DNA of 64,000 nt, taken from NCBI RefSeq assembly GCF_006345805.1, contig NC_042997.1, forward strand, positions 54,560,001 through 54,624,000, written 5' to 3'. Position 1 is the stretch's first letter; each line of letters begins with the position of its first letter. The notes below the pieces were generated by a model. The model was not told where the DNA came from. It searched no databases and saw only the letters and a list, made by a program, of their open reading frames with translations. Below, one piece after another: positions 1-11,875 of this stretch. This DNA comes from Octopus sinensis. Its lineage: Eukaryota. A program made the position numbers and the translations under genes.

Positions 1-944
1 TTAATATGTATCATTAACCTTCATTTTCTGAAGAAAAAAATGTCTAGATGGGCTATTTTTATTCAAAAGCTATTAGTGTTCAACCAAAAACGGAAGAATC
101 TGAAATAAAAAATATAGGACGATACACCGAATAATGAAAAAAACAATGGTGTTGCCATAGTGTGCCAACCAGCTGGGAAAAGTTTTATCAAAATCAGTTC
201 ACAGAAAACCGAGAAATCCTAAATTTCACTCCTAAGCTTTTAGCATGGTTCTGGGTATAGTGTGAAAGTTGGGAAGAAAGTTTTCTGTGATATACGATAA
301 TTAACTCATTATGTACAGTGAGAAACATTCTGCATATTTTATAGTTTGTATATAGTTTATTTTAAAAGTTTAACATTTTTATCAAATTACCTGTACTATT
401 TTCATCCAATTACCTGTTAGATTAGTCATATGAAGAAGAATGTTGCTTGTAAGAGTATCCTAATTTTAATTGTAACTAAATCTTAAGTATAGAATGATAA
501 AGATTCATGTCAATAAATCTAGGTTGGCTTTCTTAGGTTGTTTGGACAGCACTGAAGTTTTTATCTTTGTCATGTTTCAGGAGAGGATGTAATAAAATTC
601 ATCTCTCAATTCCCTCTCCAGATCAACGATGCAATTTCAATTGCAAACTACAAGCTATCAAATTACTTATTTATTACACATGCTCTTGTTGGTTATAGCT
701 GACAGTTGTGTCTTCACATGCTGTACATTTACTAATAACTGAACTGATTTATTGGGGGTTAAGTATCTTTCTCAAGAACATGATACAGTACCAATGTTGA
801 GAGTTGTACCATCAATCTTTTCTCAATTCCTCCAGTGGCAAGTTTCTATTTGGTATTAATAATTTGAAAACAAAAAAATAGAAATCTTATCCAAGATTAA
901 ACAGAAAGTTATAGGATGTTTATTCAACATGTTTACTTAAATCT

Positions 945-1130
945 AAGGTGGCAAGCTGGCAGAGTTGCTAGCATATTGGGCAAAATGCTTAACATTTTGT
1001 CTCTTTATGTTTGGAGATTAAATTCCACTAATATCACTTTTCCCTTTCATCCTTTTGGAGTTGATAAAAGTAGTACCAATTAAACACTGGGGTTGATTTA
1101 ATCAACACTCACCCTCCCCCAAACTTAAAT
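945..1130 (+). mobile_element. tRNA-derived SINE, family B (central domain ...ttccctttcatccttttggagttgataaaagtagtacc...)
   Basis: Matches copies at 11510-11875, 36850-37025, 41823-42040, 43445-43850 and 59190-59375. The central domain resembles MetaSINE/Sauria-type SINEs from memory. Confidence 0.65.
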
Positions 1131-1524
1131 CATAAATGCTGAATAAAAGTGAACTTTCGAAAATCTTCCTACTCAGTATAATAGGTGAATGAGTTATTTT
1201 TTGTTTTGATTGATTTTGACAAAGGATATAATGAAATCAACATAGTTATTATTAGTTGTACAAACATACTTTAGAAGGTGAAACTATATATATCTTGTCT
1301 CTAACAGGTTAGAAAACTAATGCTAAATGTCACCTATCAAGTTCCTCAATATGCTGTCTATAATGAAAGTGATAGGATGATATTTAATGATATTTACAAG
1401 TGAAAGTAAAATGAATCAATATATCAATAATATAATATGTGTGTGTTTGTGTGTATGTATATATATATGATCGTTTTAATGTCCACTCTTTCATACTTGT
1501 ATATGTGTGGTGTGTTTGTGTGTG

Positions 1525-1567
<43 letters not shown>

Positions 1568-1635
1568 AAAGAAATGGCAAGACAACAAAAGAAGGAAAGA
1601 GACCTCAATATTATGTTAATAGAGGAATTTATCTG

Positions 1636-1782
1636 TAAATATAATATGTGACAATTATTTGGTAGCGATGATAAAACGCCGAGTTTCAGATGTTGGGGCA
1701 GAAGAGATGCTGGCGTGGGTTTCCGTCCCGACATCCAAAACTCAGAGTTTTATCATGGCTACCAAATAATTGTCACATATTA

Positions 1783-1788
<6 letters not shown>
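1636..1788. repeat. Fold-back (palindromic) element, MITE-like
   Basis: Arms 1636-1677 and 1747-1788 are reverse complements with 1 mismatch in 42, and imperfect pairing continues inward. A (TA)n tract follows on the right. Confidence 0.8.
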
Positions 1789-1829
<41 letters not shown>

Positions 1830-2328
1830 AGAGAGAGAGCAATCTGTGGGAATTATAGCTATTTTACTGTTCCTGCTAGAGCATTGTGAATTCACACATT
1901 TCAATGTAGTGTGTTATTGCAACTTATATGACTGGAAGGCTCAGCAACTGATGAAAACAGTATAAAACTACTGATATTCTGTATTCAGCTATTAAGCACT
2001 GCTCCCTGTAGAACAATCAGCAACATCTCAAACACTAAGTTTCCTAAGAGTTATTCAACTTTGACCTCATGGCAAGAATGTAAGTGTCTCTAGCTTGTGA
2101 GGTCAGGTTAGAGCTTTATTTATTAATGCCAACTCAGAGAAGTTTCCTCACTCGTCATCATCAAGGTGTTTCTGGATAGGTGTTGTTGTATGTTTATATT
2201 TGTAATTGTATTGTATTTGCCATTTTTATTACTTTAATTTATGATTGTATGTTGTAATGGTAAATGATTTAAATTAAAAGGTCTTAATCATTAGTTCTGA
2301 TGTTATATATATATATATATATATATAT

Positions 2329-2721
2329 AGGAGTGGCTTTGTCGTAAGTAGCTTGCTAACCAACCACATGGTTCCGAGTTCAATCCCACTGCGTGGCATC
2401 TTGGACAAGTGTCTTCTGCTATAGCCCTTGGCCGACCAATGCCTTGTGAGTGGATTTGGCAGACGGAAACTGAAAGAAGCCTGTCGTATATATGTATATA
2501 TATATATGTATGTGTGTGCATGTGTTTGTGTCTGTTTGTCTCCCTAGCATTGCTTGGTAACCGATGCTGGTGTGTTTACGTCCCCGTCACTTAGCGGTTC
2601 GGCAAAAGAGACCGATAGAATAAGTACTGGGCTTACAAAGAATAAGTCCCGGGGTCGATTTGCTTGACTAAAGGTGGTGCTCCAGCATGGCTGCAGTCAA
2701 ATGACTGAAACAAGTAAAAGA

Positions 2722-2722
<1 letters not shown>
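2329..2722 (+). mobile_element. tRNA-derived SINE, family A (about 390 bp, full length)
   Basis: A-box-like and B-box-like (GGTTCAATCC) motifs, an internal (TA/TG)n tract and the end gactgaaacaagtaaaag. Near-identical to 45622-46005. Confidence 0.85.
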
Positions 2723-2756
<34 letters not shown>

Positions 2757-3721
2757 CATTTCCTTACAACTTGAAATGTGTACTACTTTAGATGTATATT
2801 CTTATTTAGGCTCAAATTATCTGGCTGTTGTCAGACAAGTCACTTGACTTTTCATGATCTGATGCATCTAAGAACAGATGATCAGTTATATATGTCATCA
2901 GTGGGATCCAGTTTTCCTTCTTGATTCTCACCTGAAAGATGAAGAGTTGAATTTGCAATTATAAATGAATGGAACTCTTCTCACTTTTACAGTGTACTGC
3001 TGCTACTTGCATTACAAGCTATTGAATCTCTCTGTTTCTCTCTACGCCTAGGTGGACTGAACTGTTGTATTTTTTTAAAAGCTCTATTGCTAGAGCTGCC
3101 TGTGGAAATCATATTTGTATTTAATGGGACTGAATTTAAATAAAGATGTGACAGTTAATGGACAACATATTAAGAATTGCAGTCTATTTTTAAAAATAGA
3201 GCTTAATTTTCTTTTGCACACCTTTCTATACTACAGTTTACCAGAAAGAGTTAGAAGTTATTGCTGCTTATTCCACTTTTCAAAGAAAATTGGAAGCTGT
3301 GATGTATGATATGCTTCTGGATAACTCAGATGGTTTGAGCGATTGAAAGCTGAGTACTTAGTATTATTGGTGACGAAGTTCATACTCTGAATTCTTTAGC
3401 CAGTAGACTGGTAGTTGTCAGTTTGGAAAGCTGGGACTCTTGAAGACTAACAAGAATATAAAATAAAATTAGTGACAGAAAATAGATTTTTTGTATTAAT
3501 GACAGCATATATCAAGGAAAATTAGTTGTTAGAAAACATTGATATATGTATGTAAGTGTGCATGCATTGTGTGTATTTTATGTTGATTTGTTGGACGGAG
3601 TGAACTAATGTACAGCAGAAACATTTGATCACTATAAACAAAGCATCTGTGTGGTTGTTCAGTAAGAAATCGCAGAACCCTCATCTGTTGTGTATGGTAG
3701 GAAAGTTCACCATACATACAT

Positions 3722-4205
3722 ACATGTATGTTAACAAAAAGCTAAAGATCAGCAAAAAAGAAAATACCTATGCTGAACTGTTAAGGAATCTACAACTACT
3801 CTATCCAAATTACAAGTTCAAGTTTATACCTGTAATTATTGGGGCATTAAAATATGTAACACTACCAAAAAAAAAAAACAATCTTAAGAAATTAGGCTTT
3901 TCAAAACCAGAAAGGAGAAAGCTGATTTGAAGACTACAGATCCAAGCCATCACTGGAACTGTAAAAATCTGTAAAAATTTCGAGAAGTTTATCATTTAAG
4001 TATATATGAGCTTGTCTAGACATGCGATTATATGCATGAGAATAGATACATAAAACAAAATATACAAATCTGCATGTATACATACATACATACAAAGATA
4101 CCCTGTTGATGTTGGGGAAATTCTAATGAAGGAGCCTTGGATCTAGGTTAGAAACTAACTCTTTCTCTATTGACGAGAAATCTTGAAATAAAACTGAATA
4201 ATGAT
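3722..4205 (+). mobile_element. 3' end of a non-LTR retrotransposon with restriction-like endonuclease (R4/Dong/HERO-type), 5'-truncated
   Basis: Translation KKENTYAELLRNLQLLYPNYKFKFIPVIIGAL...LKKLGF...LI*RLQIQAITGTVKICK fits the C-terminal RLE region (K..KY..L...P++IGALG). A 3' UTR follows. Confidence 0.65.
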
Positions 4206-5307
4206 ATACACACATGTAAGTATGTATTTCTAGATGTATCTGTGTGTGTGTGTGTCACAGTAGTTACATTATTTATATCCTGCATAAACTAAATATCCAG
4301 TACCTCAGTGGTCCAATGTGAAAAGAGGTGGAATGAAATATCTTATTTAAAAAGCAAGGCTTGGTGTCATGATGGACATGCAGCCATAGAATATGGCCAC
4401 AAGAAATCTCATTCAAGCAACAACAGTAAAAGTAAGCATAAAAAAGAAGAAGACAATGATTGTGATGGTGGTTGTGTTGGTGTGTGTGTTTGTGTTTAAA
4501 TATAAATGAGTAGTATTTTGAAATCAAACCGGTAAACCTATTGAAATAAAAATTTGACATTTGATTAAAAAGAAAATTTATTGGAATAATGGGAGAAAAA
4601 AAAATTAAAGCACTGTGAAGCAGTAAAAGATTTCTTGTCAACCAATAAATATAAAACACACACACACACACATTGTAGCACAAAATTACCTTTTAACATG
4701 AGGTGGTAAACAATAGATAATTTTTTCCTTGCTTCAGCATGACCACACCTGCATGGCTGAAACGAGTAAAGAAATAAAAGAATAATGTGTATAAGTCTAT
4801 AAGAAATAAGAGTTTAATTTCTCATAAATATAAGACTAGTAATGTAGTTGGGGATTTGGGTTATTCTGATTGAAAGTCTGGTTATGAAATATTTCTAGGT
4901 GATAATAGCAAATAAACGTCAAAGAAAGTCTAAAACAAGCTAATAAATGATAAATTTTGAATATGTGCCAAAATTACCTCCCTTGAATATAATTATCTCC
5001 CTTACAAATTTTTTCTAAGCTAGGTTACACTTAAACCATAAAACATTAAAAAAAAATCACTAAAATTTATATTAAAATAGAATTACTACAAAAGTAACAT
5101 AAACCAATCTGGGCATGTTATTAGATCATATTTTACAAGTTTCCTTCAATGCAGCATAATTCATAATCAAATGTCAGTTGCCTGAATGAAAAGAATAAAA
5201 TATGATGTAATACAATACGTCATACTTGGATTGATTCATGTTTCCATTGTAACAATTCGATTTCGATGCATTGAAGAATGTGTATGTATGTGTCACTCTT
5301 TCTCCCG

Positions 5308-5352
<45 letters not shown>

Positions 5353-5353
5353 A

Positions 5354-5388
<35 letters not shown>

Positions 5389-5447
5389 CATACACACACA
5401 CATGTAAAACTACTTCCTTATCACTTAAAGATGTGAAGTATATAACA

Positions 5448-6465
5448 TTATCATCATCATCATCGTTTAACATACTGGCATGGGTTGGACAGTTCAGTAA
5501 TATTCAATGAACTAGGAGACTATGTTAAGATCCATTGTCTGCTTTGGTATGGCTTCTCCAGTTGCTTTTCCTAAGGCCCACCATTTTACACACGGTACAG
5601 GGTGCTTTTTTCATGACATCAGCACTAGTGTGATCACCTAGTAACTTACAAAACAAGATCACTTAACAGAATGAGGGTGCTGTATTAAGAGAGGTGGTAT
5701 TGTGCCGGGTGTTGAAAGGCTAAAGCCTAATGGAGGGATAGGAACAGGTGTCTTGTTGTTGAAGGGATATATGGCTACCTCAGCAGGAAAGGGAGAAAAG
5801 ATGGAGGTGAGGTCCCAGGACGTACTCTCAGGACACAAGAAGGTGGATAAAGGGAGGATAGGGACAAAGAATTAAGGATGGATGGGTAGGTAGGTAGATG
5901 TGTCAGAATCTGAAAGGAGATTGACAGTCAGATGAAGATAGAGGTGAACACAGTGAATGACAAACATGGATAGAGGCATGGATAATGGTGAATCTCAGTT
6001 TGGGGGAAGGTGTAGGAAACTAGAAATAGCTTGGGGAGGAGGATGTGATATGTGGCAATATATGAAATGGTGTGGTGGTGGACAGCAACAGTATGATGAA
6101 AATGTAGACAGATGAGAAATGGGAAGGTGATGTGAAGTGTAGTGAAAAGAGAAAGTGCATACTAACAGATATGGAGGTCAGCAGCATATTGGGGGGGTGG
6201 ATATAGCGAGTAAAAAAAGTGGGGGGACTGATGCTGATGGCAGATATGAGAGGGTGTTCAGGAGAAAAGAGGCATTCAGTGGAATAAAGTAGAAAGGGAT
6301 GATACTGAGAATCGGGGATGCGTCACAAGGTAAGTGATTCCAAAGAAAGGGGTAACAAGTAGTACAAAAAGCAAGAGTGAAATATGTGCAGTTCTACTCT
6401 CATATAATTACAGCTTATGAGGAAATAGCACCATAGTTAGCAGGGTGAAAAGAAGATGGGTGTTA
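5448..6465 (-). mobile_element. Degenerate non-autonomous element with an RTE 3' tail and a long pyrimidine-rich 5' region
   Basis: (CAT)n tail at 5448 followed by the RTE 3' UTR motif. The purine-rich body on + is similar in character to 16865-17270 and 46645-46955. Confidence 0.5.
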
Positions 6466-6489
6466 TGCAGCTTAGTATACTCTCACCCC

Positions 6490-6536
<47 letters not shown>

Positions 6537-6584
6537 CGTATGTACGTACGTATTCATATATATTATGTATATATAAATATATAG

Positions 6585-6681
6585 TCATGGCTGTGTGGTT
6601 AAGAAGCTTGCTTTGCAACCCTGTGGTTTGGGGTTCAGTCCCACTGCATGGCATCTTAGTTTTTGAGAGAATTTGTAGACA

Positions 6682-6712
<31 letters not shown>

Positions 6713-6935
6713 ATTTATGCGTCTTTGTGTTTGTCTTCACAACTGTTTGGCAACTAGTGATGGTTTGTTTACATCCCTGCAACTTAGCAGTTCATAAAAA
6801 AAAAGACCTATAAATTAAGTACGAAAACATAAAATAACTACTAGGGTTGATTTGTTCTACTCCTCAAGGTGAAGCCCCAACATAGTTGCAGTCTAATGAC
6901 TGAAACAAGTAAAAGACAACAGTTAAAAGACAGAA
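6585..6935 (+). mobile_element. tRNA-derived SINE, family A (diverged)
   Basis: tggctgtgtggttaagaag...ggttcagtcccactgcatggca...gactgaaacaagtaaaag. Confidence 0.75.
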
Positions 6936-7240
6936 ATAGTGTAAGATAAGGAAGATTCAAGTAAAGAGATAGTGAAAGACTGATAGTTGTAACTGAGCAG
7001 TAATATCTTCTCTTTACTTCATACTAATTCTTCCCCCTTTTCATAAATATAAAACATACACCATAGATATACATTCTCATTCATTTCTCTTAGACAACAC
7101 TGTAAAGACAGTAGTATATATTGGAATACTGTACTTATTATAATTCTACATTTTAAAAAATTGTATCTTTGAAAGGTTAGTTTGTATGGTAGATTATAAT
7201 CTGTGATCTATTTTCTAACTCATCAACAAATGCTAATATA

Positions 7241-7757
7241 TCTATATATATAAAACTGTAGTTGTGTGAGTGTCTGTCTCCTACGATTTAGATTCCTAAC
7301 TCCTCCCACATTTTGCGGTGCAGTTTAACCAAATTCGGGTATCTTATAGTCGTGATTAATATCAAGCCCGTCTGGCTATTAGCGCGCGTCTACGATGAGT
7401 CTACGATTTTAAAAATAATTTAACATCATTTTTTATTCCATTTTAATGCATAATTTTTCGTGTGTCGATGGCGGCGGAATTGGCGTCCACGCTCAAACAC
7501 CTGCACCTGTGTTTGCTTCTCCCCCTTCTTCCCTCCCTCGTGAAGCTGTGGGGAAGGGAGTTTAAGGAAATCAATGTCGTAATGCGTTGTCAAGGAGACC
7601 AGCGTTCTTTTAGAACAACGACTTCATGGCTTGAAGACACCAAAACAGAAATGGCTAAGAAAGCCCGAATTGGCATCTATAAGGGAAGTAACTCTCTAAA
7701 AATGCTTATATAGTTATTTCCCTTACAAACCCAAGCAACGCCGGGCGATACTGCTAG
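7241..7757 (+). mobile_element. Non-autonomous Helitron, copy 1 of a head-to-tail pair
   Basis: Starts TC (tctatatatataaaa) after A7240 and ends with a GC-rich hairpin (cccaagcaacgccggg) plus CTAG at 7754-7757. Confidence 0.8.
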
Positions 7758-8152
7758 TCTTTATATATAAAAGTAAGGTTGTGTGTCTGTCTCCTACGAT
7801 TTAGATTCCTAACTACTCCCACATTTTGCGGTGCAGTTTAACCAAAACCGGGTATCTTATAGTCGTGATTCATATCAAGCCCTTCCGGGTATTAGCGCGC
7901 ATCTACGATGAGTCTACGATTTTAAAAGTAATTTACCATAATATTTTTCCATTTTAATGCATTTTTTCGCTATTATATAAGGGAAGTAACTCTCTAAAAA
8001 TGTCTACGATGAGTCAACGATTAAAAAAATATTTACCATAATTTTTTTTCCATTTTTAATGCATATTTTGCTATTTTTTGGCCATAACTCTCTAAAAATG
8101 CTTTATAGTTATTTTCCTTACAAACCCGAGCAACGCCGGGCGATACTGCTAG
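7758..8152 (+). mobile_element. Non-autonomous Helitron, copy 2 of a head-to-tail pair
   Basis: Starts TC (tctttatatataaaag) directly after the first CTAG, ends cccgagcaacgccggg...CTAG at 8149-8152 followed by T. It has an internal duplication. Confidence 0.8.
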
Positions 8153-8477
8153 TTTGATATATGGAAGTCAATGAAGCTATTCATTCAACTATCTCAATCT
8201 GGTGACTAAATCATACAAAGTTTAAAATCTGTAAAATCAAAACTTCATGTTTTATTATTTCCTAAATTTTAGAATGGCTGACCTCATAATTTAGATGGAT
8301 TGCTAGGAAGCTGACATAGTTTAATTGGAACTAACTTGCTAGATATCTTACATCTGCACACCTCTATAATAACTATGGTGCTGTACCTATTAGTTGCTTC
8401 TTAGGAATTTGTTGAGTTTATTCCTGTACCATCAGTCTACTTTATGTAAAGCCGATGAAAGCTATGAACAACATAAA

Positions 8478-9433
8478 ATAATAATAATAATAATAATGAA
8501 ATTATTGTATACAGTGCTCAGGTGCACCACAACTTGTCAGAAAGTGCATATAAAGTACATGCAGTAATGTAGAAATGTCTGGAAAGCGAACAATGTATGA
8601 GTCAGATACATGCTTGTGTGTGTATGGAGGGGAGAAAATCAAGTGTAGTGTTGGCGAATCTCAGGAAGCATGGAAGTTTTGAAGGATGCAGTGCTCCGAC
8701 AACTAACAACTGATGCCGGCAGTTTGTTCCATGCTTCAGCAACTCTCAGCGTGAAAAAATGTTTCCTGAAGTCATGGGAGCTGTGCTTTTTCTTACTTTG
8801 TAAATATGTCCACGGGTGTTAGATGGTGGAGTTTGAAAAGGTGCTCAGAGTTATTGTTTGTACGATGGTTGATAATTTATGGGTGTCTGCCAAGTCAGCT
8901 GCCAGACGTCGGAGTTTCAATGTGTCCATGCCCAAGGAAGTAAGGCATTCAGGATATGGCAAATGCCTGATGGAGGGTATTCTTTTGGTTGCACGTCGCT
9001 GAAAGCTTCCAGACGATTGATATCCTGGGCAAGATAGGGGTTCCAGACCGGTGATGCAAATTCCAGGTGAGGTCTTACCATAGCTATATAAAGCCGCAGA
9101 TAGATAGCCGGAGAGCGGCTCACAAAGGATTTGGTGAGTGATGCCAAGACACCCTCAGCCTTCTTGACAATTTTAGCGATGTGTTTTGTCCAACGCAAAT
9201 CACTGTCGACAATAACACCCAGGTCACGTTCACATGAAGACTTTTTGAGACTAGTGTTGTGGAGGGAGTAGGTGGACGCTGGGTTTCTCCTCCCAAAATG
9301 CATGGTGGTACATTTGTCCACAGCCAGCTTGAGTTGCCAGTCCATGATCCACTGCTGCATTGTGTCCAGGTCTGCTTGCAATAGAGATCTATAGTGTACA
9401 GGATTTGACCTCTTTATTTCGAGGTACAGCTTA
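8478..9433 (-). mobile_element. 5'-truncated CR1-type LINE (RT C-terminus, 3' UTR, (TTA)n tail)
   Basis: ORF 8917-9381 reads QADLDTMQQWIMDWQLKLAVDKC...ERDLGVIVDSDL...VRPHLEFASPVWNPY. The 3' end is GTGCACCTGAGCAC...(ATT)n at 8478-8530. It lies antisense in a GLYCTK intron. Confidence 0.9.
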
Positions 9434-9555
9434 AGCTACTCAATATTGTGCAGAAAGGCAATTTTTGTCTCATCTAAATTAAAAGTTCTAATTTAGTAAA
9501 CAATTTTTGAAGAGAAAGTAATTTGTAAACAATTTTTCATCTTTTTCTGTTTTAG

Positions 9556-9704
9556 TTCTCTATTACCAACTTCATCTCAGATTTTATTATATGAAGGTGC
9601 AGCAGACAATGTTCTAGATGAAAATGCCCATGCTACTGCTTTGAAGATTCAAGAACTTGTATGTGCCTTACAGAGTTCTGATATTCTGATTGTCCTTATA
9701 TCTG
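9556..9704 (+). CDS. GLYCTK: Glycerate kinase internal coding exon (xSLLPTSSQILLYEGAADNVLDENAHATALKIQELVCALQSSDILIVLISG)
   Basis: Acceptor ctgttttag ends at 9555 and donor gtaagt starts at 9705. The frame is open and matches the GLYCTK segment FEGAEDNLPD...DLLLVLISG. Its phase joins the next exon to make the LISGGGSAL motif. Confidence 0.93.
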
Positions 9705-9894
9705 GTAAGTTAACAGCTTTGTGGTAACTGGACACTAGGAAATAGTAAAGAATGCTTCTAATTATATTGGAGAAAGAAACAATTAAAACATATCTATGCA
9801 ACCAAAATAATAGAAACCTTCCTGTTCAGTCTAAAATGAATTTAATAATTTCATTTTGAATATATCTTCATAAAAAATAATTTTATAGCCTGTT

Positions 9895-10216
9895 TTGAAG
9901 GCATCGATGTGGCTGTCATCCTGTTTCAGTCAAATAAAAAAAGTGATTGTTATTTACCAACGTCGCTTCACTGGCACCTGTGTTGGTGGCACGTGTAAAA
10001 AGATTCGAGTGAGGTCATTGCCAGTACTGCCTGACTGGCCCCTCTGCAGGTGGCACGTAAAAAGCACCCACTACACTCTCGGAGTAGTTGGCGTTAGGAA
10101 GGGCATCTAGCTGTAGAAACTCTGCCAGATCAAGACTGGAGCCTGGTGCAGCCATCTGGTTGCCAGCCCTCAGTCAAAACTGTCCAACCCATGCTAGCAT
10201 GGAAAACGGACGTTAA

Positions 10217-10245
<29 letters not shown>
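9895..10245 (+). mobile_element. RTE LINE 3'-UTR/tail fragment
   Basis: Matches the 3' end of the RTE at 59970-60500 and ends acggacgttaaa(tga)n. Confidence 0.85.
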
Positions 10246-10247
<2 letters not shown>

Positions 10248-10549
10248 ACTATGATATAAATATTTGTTGATTAGGAAGAGATTACTTCACCATTATAGTT
10301 TTGTATTTATTGCTGAATGGTAAGTTGAAACAAGTCTTGTTGCTCTGCCTGGTTTGAGTTACTTGTTATTTTTACCATGTTGATTATATATTGTGCTTTG
10401 AGATCATTGATAGTAAAGGCTGAGTTTTCGTTTTCTGAGACTCTGTAGAAAGTTGCTTTGGTAGAGGGGAAGACATCAATACAAAAGCATGGTATCAATG
10501 TAACAAAAATACTAAATGCAGATGAATTTTTAATTATTATCTCTTTCAG

Positions 10550-10725
10550 GTGGTGGTTCTGCCCTTCTACCAACACCGTGTCTTCCAATAACGCTTGAAG
10601 AAGAAATCATTCTGACCAAACTCATGTCATCTCATGGAGCAACAATAACACAACTTAATACAATCAGACAGAATATTGAACATTTGAAAGGAGGTGGCCT
10701 TGCTCATCTTGCTTATCCAGCTCAG
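10550..10725 (+). CDS. GLYCTK: Glycerate kinase internal coding exon (GGGSALLPTPCLPITLEEEIILTKLMSSHGATITQLNTIRQNIEHLKGGGLAHLAYPAQ)
   Basis: Acceptor ctctttcag ends at 10549 and donor gt starts at 10726. The 176 nt fit the phases of both neighbours. Contains the family motifs GGGSALL, GATIxxLNTIR and KGGGLA. Confidence 0.95.
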
Positions 10726-10842
10726 GTTTTTAGCTTGCTTTTCATTCTTTCTTTGTTAGGAAAAGAAACAATTTCATTCACCTTTGTATGAACCTAAATC
10801 CTAGAGCTTGTGTAAAAATATTAATATTTTTGTTGTTTTTAT

Positions 10843-11250
10843 CATCATCATCATCATCGTTTAACATCCGTTTTCCCTGCTAGCATGGGTTGGACGGTTC
10901 AACCGGGGTCTGGGAAGCCAGGAGGCTGCACCAGGCTCCAGTCTGATCTGGCAGTGTTTCTACAGCTGGATTCCCTTCCTAACGCCAACCACTCCATGAG
11001 TGTAGTGAGTGCTTTTTACATGCCACTGGCACAGGGGCTAGAAGAGGCCGGCAATGGCCAGATCAGTTGGTGCTTTTTATGTGCCACCGGCACGGAAGCC
11101 AGTCAAGGTGGAGCTGGCATTGGTCACGTTCAAACAGTGCTTTTTACGTACCACCAGCATGGGTATCACAACTACAATTTCCATTTGATTTTTATTTTGA
11201 TGTTGCTGTACTTGACTCAATAGGTCTCCTCAAGCACAGTAGGTCACCCA
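10843..11250 (-). mobile_element. RTE LINE 3'-UTR/tail fragment
   Basis: (cat)n cgtttaacatccgttttcc...; reverse complement of the 9895-10245 copy. Confidence 0.85.
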
Positions 11251-11509
11251 AGTTTAAATATGCAAATCATTAGAATTATTGTACAGGAAGGGATGTAAGT
11301 TTGTACTATTCATACCCTTTCTGGATATATTTAGCACTGTAGGTGAATTTATAAAATAATATTTACTAAGAAATATGTAAGGCAACGAGTGAGTCTTTGC
11401 ATGGTCACTTGATTTGCTAGATATATCAGCTGAATCTCCTGAGTAGTGGTGATTCATCTGCTGTATCTAGCAGGATGAAATATTAGTTTCAAAATTTTGG
11501 CCAATGGTC

Positions 11510-11875
11510 AGTAAGTTTGGGGGAGGAGGTAAGTCTAGTACATTGACCCCAGTTTTATCGACTGTGAAACGATGAAAAACAGAGTTGACCTCAGCAGAAT
11601 TTGAACTCAGAAAGTAAGGTTGGACAAAATACCTATTTCTTTACTTCCCACAAGGGGCTAAACACAGAGAGGACAAACAAGGACAGACAAACAAATTAAG
11701 TCGATTATATTGACCCCCCAGTGCGTAACTGGTACTTATTTAATAGACCCTGAAAGGATGAAAGGCAAAGTTGACCTCGGTGGAATTTGAACTCAGAACG
11801 TAGCAGCAGACGAAATACTGCTAAGCATTTCGCCCGGCGTGCTAACATTTCTGCCAGCTTGCCACCTTAGCAGGA
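11510..11875 (-). mobile_element. Two adjacent SINE family B copies
   Basis: ggatgaaaggcaaagttgacctcggtggaatttgaactc...gccagcttgccacctt is the reverse complement of the family B head and centre. Confidence 0.65.

Noticed and set aside
2125-2165. Hammerhead-like TGATGA...GAAAC on -
   Set aside because: It lacks the conserved C of CUGAUGA and has no convincing stems.
1-9555. Upstream GLYCTK exon carrying the VGFGKAV motif
   Set aside because: I searched by eye and did not find it; it probably lies upstream of the window.
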